Source: Chrysemys picta bellii (taxonomy: Eukaryota). From it: DNA of 64,000 bases. Numbering within the stretch: the stretch's first letter is position 1; each line of letters begins with the position of its first letter. The stretch lies in assembly GCF_011386835.1 (NCBI RefSeq), contig NC_088791.1:31682001-31746000 (forward strand), given 5' to 3'. The notes beneath the pieces were generated by a model. It did not search any database. It was not told the origin of the DNA and saw only the letters and a program-made list of their open reading frames with translations. Shown piece after piece: positions 9,601-21,600 of the stretch. The translations under genes were made by a program, and so were the position numbers.

Positions 9601-12600
9601 GCGTAAGCAAAATGGCAGAAAACATTAACGAAAAGCAGACGACTGCATTAAAAGATACAGCAGCATTTAGCATTGGAGTTGATGAGAGCGTGGATATAAA
9701 TGACATTCCATGTTTGGCAGTTGTTGTAAGATATTGTGCTTCTGATGAAATCCAAGAGAAACTTTGTTGCCTAAAACCCTTGTATGGCACAACAAAGGGG
9801 GAAGATATAGCGGAAACTTTTGTAAACCATTTTGAAGAACAAGAAGTTGACATCAGAAAAATATTTTGTGTGACAACAGATGGTGCTCCTGTCATGGTCG
9901 GAAAACAGAAGGGATTTGTAAAGTTACTTGAAGATCAAATTGGCTTCCCAACAGTCAAATTTGACTGTATCATCCATCAAGAAAACCTGTATCTAATTCA
10001 GAGCTTAATAATGTGATGAATACAGTGGTGCAAATTGTGAATGTCCTTGTTGCTTGATCTGCTTTGACTCACAGACAGTTTCAAGCACTGCTAGAAAGAG
10101 ATGAACAGTGCTTATAATGACATTCCACTTCACAGCAACATTTGGTGGCTAAGTTGTGGCAAGGTTTTGGTGCACTTTGTAAACTGTTTTGATGCAATCA
10201 AGGCCTTTTTGTCAGAAAAAGGACAAAACTACCCCGAACTGGATGATGACAAATGGCTATGTAAGCTCATGTTTCTAACTGACATCACTGGTCACCTAAA
10301 TGAATTCAACCTGTCTCCAGGGTGCAGGGCAAATGGTTCTGGATCTTTATGAAACCTGGAAGGCATTTGTTATAAAACTAGCAGTTTTTCTCGGGATATT
10401 TAAACTTTGATTTTCTGCTACTTCCAACACATAAAAGAGCTATCGACACGTTGCACTGTCAGTGTCGATGAGATTGGAATGTACATGCAAGTACTGGAAT
10501 CAGAATTTTCTGACAGATTTCAAGATTTCCAGTGATTTGGCCCAATGCTTTCTTTTCTAATTACATCTGAAAAGTTCAATGAAAGCGACTTGGATTTGTC
10601 TGTATTTCAGTGGATGGATGTTGAAGATTTTGAAATGCAGCTCATTCAGTTAAAAAGCTCAGAATTGTGGGCATCAAAGTTTGGAGATCTGCGGAATGTA
10701 CTTAAAGCTACCGAGAGAGATCATGGCGCCTCTATTCTGACCTTCTGCACATCCCTGCCAGTGAAATTTAACTGTTCGAAGAAAATTGCGTTTGCAATGC
10801 TTTCAGCATTTGGATCCACATATACCTGTATGAACAGGTGTTTTCATACATGAAATCTGTCCTCTGTCCCTCTCAGAGCCGGTTAACAACTGATCATTCA
10901 GAAGCCTGTGTACAACTTAAAGTATCCAAATACGTGCCCGACATTGGAAAACTCAGCAAGGAAAAGCAAGGGCAAGGATCACACTAAACTGATAAGATCT
11001 GCATTTTAATTTAATTTTTAAATGAAGCTTCTTAAACGTTTTAAAAACCTTATTTACTTTACATACAACAGTAGTTTAGTTATATATTATAGAGAGAGAC
11101 CTTCTAAAAACATTTAAATGTATTACTGGCACGCAAAACCTTAAATTAGAGTGAATAAATGAAGACTTGGCACACCACTTCTGAAAGGTTGCCGACCCCT
11201 GCCTTAGGCTATAGAATATTCTGTTGAGGGGCTCCCTCAGTCTCTCCTGTTGAAGCTCCTCTGGATAAATAATCAACTATCTCCCTCCATTCATTGTATA
11301 GGAAGCCTGAGCATGTAACTTGGACTTTGTGAATCCCAGTGATTTTTCTAGGTGTCTAAAAGTTAATGTGGTGACACTCACCGTTACTATGTCTAAGTGT
11401 CACCGTAGTCTAAGTGCCTCAACTCTTGACATCTCTTCTGAATGTTTGACACCCACCCCGCCACTTGAAGCCCACATCCCTAATCTCAGATCTGGCCTAC
11501 AGATAAAACTGACACCCTCCACTAGGAACTTTCTTTTTGCCTGGGATCCACTCAGTCCCCTCCTTACCCTCTCCTTTTATTCCGTATCCCAGTTAGATCT
11601 CCCTTCTGCCGCCTTTCAGTTCCAGACAGGCCTTCTCATTCCCTTATTTTCACCTAACTACTGTCCTCTGACTTGTTCTGTGCCTTATTCAAACAAGTCC
11701 TCTTATACTTCTCTGGCTGGGAGAGTGGAGGTCTGTCCTAGTTTTCCTAGTTACTACTGTATCTCATTTCCCCTCATCTCCTTTGCCTTTTAAACATTTG
11801 ACAACGGGTTTACATTTCACCCTTCTATTTCTCTTCCAGCTCTGACCCCTTCCAGTCTGGTGCTTTCCCACTTCACCAAAACTGCTCTGATTAAAATAGC
11901 TTTCTCACTTTCCTGCATCTTTCTGCTGCCTCTAAACTCAATAACATCCTCTCTTCAACTGCAAACTTCTTCTAGGGTGAAATTTAGTAGCTTATTTTAA
12001 TTGTTTCAGTTGAGTGCAATGCAAAAGGAATGGGTGATACAGAAACCACCCTTAAGCTGAATATTTTCTGACGGTCATCTTGACATCTGTTCCATCTCAG
12101 TGTTAAAAGTAGCCTTGGTCACTTTCTCCATGGGCTCTCAATGTTTTTGCTTTTACAACCTTCTTCTGATTTTAAATGTTTCTCTTCCCTGTTGCTGTGT
12201 GACTGTTCCACAAACAAACTTTCTACTGAAATAAGAGCACTGACGATGCACAAAGTGCTGTCAAATGCATACTAAAACTAAGATATTTTTCTAATCTTTC
12301 AGTTTTAATAATGTTACGTGTTACTTGAAACAATTAAACATGTTCAGAAAGACGTGTGGTTATTTTTAATTATCTTACCTAATAACTTGAACTATTGTCT
12401 CAGTTAATTTTAAAGACATCTCTGCAATATGTTTGGAATGACTATAATTGGGATGTGAACTTAATGAAGATCAAGTAACTACTTAAAACAAAATTAGAAA
12501 TAACTAAGGTTAAAGTTGTTAAAGCTAATGCCAACTGGCAGTGTTGTTAGAAATATACTGCAATGCAAATTGTATAAATCCCGTAACTACAGCGATAGTC

Positions 12601-15600
12601 ACAATTAATGAGATTGTTATACTTTCAGACTTTCCCCTTCTAACTGATGAAAAATTTGATTTTGACCTTTCACTGTCTCCTGCAAGGTAAGCTAAGTGTT
12701 TAAGAGCAAGTACATATTTGAAGTGCAAAGGATTTTACAATATCTTGATTGTCTTGTCTGTCTTACAGTGGAAATGAAGATGAAGTTTTTGTTGGACCTC
12801 TTGGACATAAAGAAAAATGTGTTGCTGTCAGTATTGAAGCAACTAAAGATGCTGAAGAAAAGATCTCTCAAACCCCTGATGATAAGCTTGTGTGGAGTCC
12901 TCTTACTGGAGAGAAATTTGTAGAAATTTTTAAAGAAGCTCACTTGTTAGCACTGCAGCTAGAAAGTGGCAACAAAAATGAACAGAACAAAGTCACCCAA
13001 TCAGAAGGACCAAAACCCAAGGTTATAGAAAAATTTGTGCAAGCATCCAAGTCAAAACTAAAAATCTTTCAAAAAGGAAACATAGAAAAAAGCCCCAGGG
13101 CTATTAAAAGGGAGACGTACTGTGTGTGGGACAGCCCAATTTGTCAACTGCCACCTTCCTTTCAGAAGCGTTTAGATTTACCTGTGACTGCAGTTGACAA
13201 AACTCCTCCAAACACATCTAGTCCAATTAAAATCCATAAATTTCCTAAAATGTCTGTTTCACCTCTAGCCCGAGAACAGCAAAGTGATGAAAAAAATAAA
13301 AAGGCAATAAGCAAATTGCACACAAAAGCTTCATCTGCTCTTGGAAAAAGCCATCAACTGACAGTAGAAAAGGTAAAGAATTTTCTTCTGGATAACTTAA
13401 TACTCAATAAAAAACATGGTTGAGATAAGGGACTGTTTAAATTTGCAAGCTTTTGTTTAACAACTTTCTTTTTTTAATGCATCTCTCCATTGTTTGAGAG
13501 AATCTCAAATAGGAAACTGACTTGACACAAAGAGCTGGTAAATGCACAAGGTAAACTGAAGGCATATTTTAACTTGTTATACCAATGCTAGTGAAGTAGT
13601 AGTTATTAAAATAGTGGCTACAACTGCAGAAAGAAGTCATGTTGTTTTTTTTAATTGACCGAATTTAAGTTTTTACATTTATTAATGCTTGATGTTCCTG
13701 ACTTCTATGTAAGTATTTAATACTTACTTTGTCATCCCTCTGGTAAAATTATTGCTGTCTTTTGGTGATTTAGATGCCAACAGGCTCTTTACTTATATTA
13801 AGCTCTCTTCAAAGTTGACAGTAATAGGCACAGCTCTGGAGATACAGCAGTAATAATACTTTCTAGTCTCGGTACACACCCTATCTAGAGCATGATTAGC
13901 CAACTATGTAAGATTGAGGAGAACCCAGCTATGCAGCACTACACTGAAACACTGCCCAGATACACTAGGGGAAGTGGTAGTTGTGTTAATCATCTCTCAT
14001 GTACATAAGCCCTGTCCAGGTTGGTTTTTCTCTCCCGTCCTTCTGTTCCTTCCCCTTCATAGCTAAGTCTATGCAACTAGCAAGATACTCCTTCTCTCCA
14101 TGTGCACTACTGAGGAGGAGGATGTTGGCTCCTTAGTCCTGAGCAGGAGGGTGAGGAATTTTTGCCATAGGCAAGGGAGCGAGAGAGCTTCTATAATCTG
14201 CTCGCTTCCTCTTTGTCTCCTATCCCATAGCTTTGATAGTGTTGCTGGTCATGTGGCCCTCTCAGATGCTAACTGGAATAGACTTGTGAGCTGTGCAGTC
14301 TAAAACTTTCATGTCTAGCTTTTGGTGTCAACTAGGGAAGAATCTCCTCTGGGCTATTGGAAAGAAGAGTCTGTGTGTGCATTACATTTATGCTTACAAA
14401 TGTGGGACCTACCTATTTTAAGAAAAGGTAACAGCCACTGCAGTGTCTAGGGAGTAACATGGGCTGAAAGAATCTCATAGAGACTAACTTGGTGCAGAGG
14501 TGATCGCCTTATGTTGATTTATCTGACTTAAAGCCAATTTCTATAAATGCGAACATAGTCTATGCTGGATTTAACAACTTTAAAGTCTAAATAAGTTGAG
14601 AACTTGGAATTTTTAATGTCTAGCAATCTACATATTCGGTAGATGCAATATGCTTTTCTGTTGGCTGGTATAAAAAATATGGTTACTGAATAAATCAGCT
14701 CATGCAAAAGCTTTGGAGCTACTGAAATTGTAATAGCTTTCAAATAAATTTAAAATGTTAATCTTGCAGCCAAAACCAGGGAAAAAACATTTGAACAGCC
14801 TGGGGTCATCTGAAGATCTACTCTCTGACAAATCCAGTGTTGCTTCAGATGTATGTGACTCGTCATTCAGTGGGAGCTCATCATTACAAGACAAGCGAGT
14901 TCTTCCTTCTCAAAGCAAGGTAATGGCAAGTGTTAATACGGCTGCAGAGTGAATATGTTCTTAGCGTGCTGGTACTCTTATATAAAAATGGAGACGACAA
15001 ACTTTCTGACTTAGATTTAATGCCATAGTCTTGTCTTATAATGAATTCAAGGTAAAGTTTCTATTCTACAATTGCAATTCTTGGGTGGCTAAGTTATACA
15101 TGAAGTATTTTTCCTACATTTGTAACAGAGAATTGTTCTTAGTGCATCAACAGATAGTTAGATATTGTGTTAACATGAAATGTAGTATGTAATATTAAGG
15201 GGCAGGGAAATGCAGATAATAGACCTCATAGGAGGCTTGTGGATTAAAGCCTTTACTCTTCATGGTCACCTATTGTGTTACTTGGAAAGATTGTCATTTT
15301 TCTAGCATGGAAGCAGAATAGCAGTGACTCTAGCTACATCAGAAGCCAAATTCTAGGAACCATAGCACTACAATTTAAGTACTCATGTCTACCAAGAATG
15401 TGTCTAACCTGTGGAATATAGTTTCTGTCTCAATTTTGTTAAAACTTGTATAACGTTGCAAGCCACTTAATATTGCCTATACTGTTTCCTCTTCCCCCTG
15501 CCTCTCCTGCCCCGAGGGGCTTGATCTCTTGGCAGTGGATATAGTTAAATGAAATATTGGCCACTCTGACCAGATCTGACCCTAATAGAATAGTCTTAGT

Positions 15601-18600
15601 TCTAACAGTCAAACTTGCTCAATCACTTTCCCTAAGAAAAGAATTGTAATAACATGGGATATCGGATGTGAGGCAGGGAAAGATGCTTATCACTTCAAAA
15701 ATAGCACTCCAATGTACTGTCCCATTAATCTTCATTTCTATATACTTAGAATCCATCTTAAAGATATACTTGAGCTGGGGGCGGGGAGGGAACACCATTG
15801 GGCTAACAATCAATTTCTGAGACGTATCCTATTTCAGTTCTACATAAGAACTTAGGTACCATACAAATGTATAATTACATTTTTATTATATTTTTTTTGC
15901 TTCCCAGCAGTCTGCTTTTTACTTAACTTAAACATTTTAAAACAGGATTATAGAACTTGTCCCTGGGACAAACGAACCCAGAGAACAGTGATGCATAATG
16001 AAAATGTTTTTGTGCTTGCTTAATGTCTTTTGGACAGTTAAATAAATTAGACTTCTTTATTCACAGTTTGGGTTAAGGAAGACACAGTTAAAACCTCCTA
16101 GTGCTGCTAATGGTCCTCTAAGAAAGAACACCTCATCTTCATCGTCGTCATCCATTTCCAGCATGAACTCCAGTTTGAATTCAAGTTTGTCTGTCTCTCC
16201 CATAGGGGGAAATGGTAATAATTAGCATAGAGATGCAGCATGCAAATCACTTTAAACTTAAAATAACTAATGGGGTGTTTTTGACTTGCAGGTTCCAAAA
16301 TGTGTTTGGGGCAATCTGTATTTCTTGCCGATTCAGAACACTAGGCTGTCTTTGGGGTGGAGTTTGGAGTGTTGTTGCTGTATTGTTCCCAGGATATGAA
16401 AGGCAAGGTAGGTGAGGTAATATCTTTCATTGGACCAAGAAGGTACAAGCTTTCAGTAGCTTTTCAAGGTACATAGAGCTCTGCGTACCTTCTACCAACA
16501 GAAGTTGGTCCAATAAAAGATATTATCTCAGCCCCTTGTCTCTTTGGTGTTGAGAACAGGTGAATAAAACTTCATATAGGCTGACAGTGTGGTAGTTAGC
16601 TCAAGTTCTTGACTTTTAGCACTTTGATTCTAAAATCTGGTTTAATTCATGAGGCTAATATCTACAAACCAGGATCTGACACAATTACATGGTAGGCTTC
16701 TTGGTGATGACTTAATTTTTTAAAAATATTTTTTTAAATAGTCCATAATGTTTCCTTTCTGGTTAGAATTATGTCTATCCCACAAGAACCTCTAAGTGCC
16801 ACAGTGTAACGTGATCTAGAGAACAAACAACATTATGAAATAGAGAAGAGGGGGGAGGTGGAAAAGTCAGTTACTCAAGCCCTGATTTTTTTTTTTCCTC
16901 CAAAGCCCCACATAGTAAACTTTTACTCATGGCAAACCTAAACAGTAATATCACAAAGGTTGTGGTTAATACAAAAGCAGGGAGTAATGCAGTTGTCAAA
17001 GCTTTATCAGGACTTATTAGAAACTACAGTGGAATACAATAGCTTACAGTTCCTTGATCTATTGTAAAACAAGACTAAAGCACAAATCTCTAACATTTCA
17101 TATTTAAACATTTGCCTATCATTAAGATAGAAGCAGTCGTTGTTCTACCTGAAGAGTATCAAAACTTGGAAGCCTTTCTGAACTTCATGTTTTAAAGTTC
17201 TGTATTAGCTTTTTACACTAAACAAACATGCACCATATCTCTGTTCTCTGTCCCTGTAGCTGTGCACTCTGTTTTTAATACATGTAGGCAGGCTGTATTT
17301 CCTGTTAAAACTTAATGTGACAGAACCCTAGAAATCACACTGCTGCCCAACTTACGTCTGGAACAGAGGTTCCCAAACTTTTTCTTATTGCATACCCCCT
17401 TCCAGATCTACCAACTACTTGCGTACTCCTACCCTTCTCATCACTGATACTTTGTGTGTTCTTCTTAACACTACCTGTCTTTAGTCATCTGTCCATATTT
17501 CACTGTTACATACAGATATAGTGTGACGTATACAACTGAAAATAAAACCTTAAGTTCTGAGCTCAGTTAGACTGGACTGTTGCTGGCCAACTGAACCCGC
17601 ACTGTACGGTGATTGGAGATCTCTCTGTATCTGTGTTCTCATTGGTACATCTTGAAGTAAATTAACTACTGTATTTTATATAACAAATTCCCACAGAATT
17701 TTAAAGCTTTGTCTAAGTAGCTTATTATGAAAATGCAATAAATAAAATCCACCCACAATTTCTCCCATGTACCCTCCACCCTGAGATGTCTCACATACCC
17801 GCAGCGGTATGCATACCACTGTTAGGGAACCCCTGGTATAGGGAAAAACTACTACTTAATACTAGTTAACTTGCATATGCTGTTATATCTTCTGTAGTAA
17901 TCCAAGGTGGTAATAGACTGCACTGTATCTTTAGCGGGCAATTATTTTAGAGTTATGACCCATCTTATCTGTATCCCATGTGATTGATTGATTGATTTTG
18001 AGCGGGTGAGGAGGAGGGACATTTATTTAAAAAAAAAAAAACTGAATTAATGAGTAAAGTTGCAGGATCTAATCAGATCTATTTCTAGCATAAAATTTGA
18101 CCTCTATAAAGAGATCAAGTCAATGTTTAATGAGCAACTGATATCTTTAAAATGTATCCAAAAATGGATTTGCAGAAGTATATGGATAATGTATGTGGCT
18201 AAACTACTTATTTATTCCAAACAAAATGAGTCCCTGCCCTCAATTGCTCATAATGAAAGAGTGGGAGAGGAAAACATGCTCCTAATTTCTTGTGAACTAA
18301 GAGGTTCCCTGTTTCAAGAAGTGAAGAGAAAGAGGCACCTGGAGGAGATGAAAGCATGCATGATTGGGGAAACATTCCAAGTGTAGTGGCCTGAATGAGT
18401 AAGCACTGAAGTCTTTGACAAAAGTGAAGTGTGTTTGGGGGGGAAAAATAGGGTCCAAAGCGAATGTTAAGTGACCACAGATGAACTGTAGGCAGGGAGA
18501 AGAATTGTGTAGAGCCTTGAAAGGGAGAACAAAACTAAACTCTAGCCCAGTCAACATCATAACGTATAGATATGGTGTTCCCAAATTTGGTTCACGGCTT

Positions 18601-21600
18601 GTTCAGGGTAAGCCCCGAGCAGGCCACGAGATGCTTTGTTTACCTGAGTGTCCACAGGTACAGACACTCGCAGCTCCCTGTGGCTGGGAATGCCCACTGG
18701 GAGCTGCAAGCAGCCGTACCTGTGGACGCTCAGGTAAACAAAGCGTCTTGTGGCCTGCCAGGGGCTTACCCTGAACAAGCAGCGAACCAAGTTTGGGAAC
18801 CTCAGGTATAGATAATAAGGAAGTCACTATCAGGAAGTATAATGCAAGACTGTGCTATTGGAGGACACAGCTTAATAAGTTTAATAAAACTTCAATTCAA
18901 GGGGAAAAAGTTTAGTAGCACATGTCTTGGAAATACTTAATGCGAATGACTAGAAACTGTCTAGCAAATCCAATTAGTCTAATTGGAAAAACTAAGATTT
19001 TAAGTGAGTAAGTAGAATATTGAAACTTAACTTTTTTTTTTTTTAAATGACAACTTTTAAATACTCTTAACTAGCACAGGTAAGGAGACTTCATTGAATG
19101 TCCCTTAACATATGTATTTCAGGTAGCCGGGGCAACTATATTGAAAATACAAGTTATGCTTAAATATACCTATAAAGAAGGCATATTTAAGTGCGTCTCA
19201 AACTACCTTACTCTTGTTTCATTTGACCTGGAAGCTGATAGTCTGAATCATGTCAAGGAGGCTTTTCTGCAGCATCAAAGACAAATAACCACTTCGTAGA
19301 CGTTTCCTACGGTTTTTGCTCTTCTAGGATTTCAAAACTAGTGGCTAAAAAGTGGAAAAATCTGAAACCTTTACATTGTAACAACTGCATAGTTCAGATG
19401 CTTGAACACCTATCACAAATCATTGCATAATGTTTTCATATCTTCAGCTGCACTTGAGTAAACTTAGACTCTCTTGTAAATAGTTAAATGTACCTTGTAA
19501 CCAGTTGAGGGAAAAACAACTAGCAATTCAGAAGTATAAATATGAGCTTTCTATCTTTCAGCTAAATCAAACGTCTCTTCAAAAATTTCTGTGAGCAGCT
19601 CCAAACTCTCATCTAGCACAAAAAGACTGGCTATGGTTAGACCTATCAGAATGTCATCTGTGCAGGCGGTCCATTCTGATGTGTCCTGCAAGCAAACAAG
19701 ATCAGTTAGTACTCCCAGAATATCTACTGCTGGGAATTTAGCCAAGTCTTCAGCTTCTGTGACAGAATCCCAAACTCTAGCCAGTGGAATTCAGAGACTG
19801 AGCTCAGTTCCTAATCTGCAGAAGATATTTCAGCAGAACAAAGATGGAAGTGCAGCAAAAGGAAATATATGCCCAAAAGACAAGGCTAACGTTATAATCA
19901 CACCTTCAAATCAGATTAAGGTCCCTAAGAGATGTGGAGGTAAGCACACATTTTGGAAGGCTGTTTTTTGTGTTACCTTGGCTTTTAATTTTAACATTTC
20001 TTTGAATGCTCCTCACAGTATGTGCTAATTGAGAGTGAAATATGTCTTTATTTGTATATTGTTCCAAAGCTGTTGGGATGGAATGAATCATGTGACTTGT
20101 AGTTGAGGTGTTATCTATATTAGTTTAGTTTTCAACTATAACAAATAGGTAATAACATAGAGTAATATTTTTCTTTTCCCTTAGGTTCATCACCAGAAAA
20201 TACAGCATCAAAAATAATGGAGCCAATCCGATTACTGTCTTGTGGCACATTTGGAAGGTAACATTGTAATTAGAACTTAACAGGTCACTTGCATGTTTTT
20301 CTTAACTATACCTACATTTAAGAGTGTTGTATCAAGCAACTATGTAATCTAAGTGCAGTTCTAATTACTTTGAAAATAACATTGTGAGATTTCTATACTC
20401 TCATAGTGACTTCCAGATTACTCTGCCCTTCCACAAGTATAAATGTTAAAACTCACCCTGGGATATGAAAGTCAGTTTGGCTTTCTTGGGATTGGGTAAC
20501 ATAAATACCTAACTGGAATTCATTGACAATTCTGATGTGTAAGGGAACAGAATCGGCTTTCACATAGCAGTGATATTTCTGCGGTGCTAATGAGGTGGGT
20601 TTTTTTTTTTTTTCTTTAAGTCAGGTCTGAATATATTCAGGAAGCAAATCTATTGAGGGCTGTTTTCACATAATACCTGTTCACTAGAGAAGTGCACTTC
20701 AAGATTCTGTTACACTGAGTGCTCTGCTTCCTCTTCTGTCTCAAATTAATCTGAAACTTTCACAAAATGAAGGTTTGAAACATCTGTTAACTGAACCTTA
20801 TCTATGAGGATGTGACCAGTTCCAACATAATACAGCAATCCACTTTTAATGTTCAGGTTTAGTTATCCTAACATTTGCATAACTGTTTGTGTTCTTAAGC
20901 CTGCCTTATGTTATTTATTTCTGTTGTCTGACTAGTATTCAAAACACGTTTCTAGAAGCTTTCAGTTAATGTATGCTGCATGTTTTCCTGTAGTGGTGTG
21001 GCTGTTTGCACTCCTGTCAGACCTTCCGAAGATGGGGCCTCGCAGAACTCTTGTCTTAGTTCCAGGTCCATTTTAATTACTCCAGCCAGTATAAAACGTT
21101 CTGCTCTGCCTACTCCCGCCGGTCGTCGTATCTCAGGAATTCCAGCAATGACTCTTAAAACTTTGCCAAGATCTGTCTCCTCTCCACATTTTATGTCTGT
21201 TCGTCAAGTCTCCAGTGTGTCCGCCAGAAAGACTCTTGCAGCTGGGTAAGAAACCGCAGGTGTAACATGGCCCTATTGAAGTCTATTAAAACTCCTGTTG
21301 ACTTCAGTGGGAGAAGGATTTTGTCCAGATGTTCAGACGCCGTATGCTAGCATGTAAGAGATTTCATCTACTGTTGAGTAGACGCATGCCCAAGTAACTT
21401 GCAAAATAACACAGCTATACTTGTTACTTCTTTCCAGCATAAATCTCTAACATGGTTTGGTTTGCCTGAATCCTTAAACCAAGGGATAATGTTAGACTCT
21501 TGTAAAAATAGTGACGATAAGCACATCTTAATCTGTCACTTGACCACATCTTCAAACCACCTATGAATCAACTTGAATTATGTGCATCATAGAACTTGTA

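Larger units (their letters stand above)
8165..11400. mobile_element. Unclassified non-autonomous element with inverted tRNA-like heads (split by the hAT at 8677-11201)
   Basis: GATTCACAAA/TTTGTGAATC motifs. A head TAGCCCAGGGGTTAGG...GTTCAAGTC is followed by its inverse GGATTTGAACAGGGATCTGCCAC...GAGTGCCCTA. Related copies at ~25125-27010 and ~57640-58215. Confidence 0.55.
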
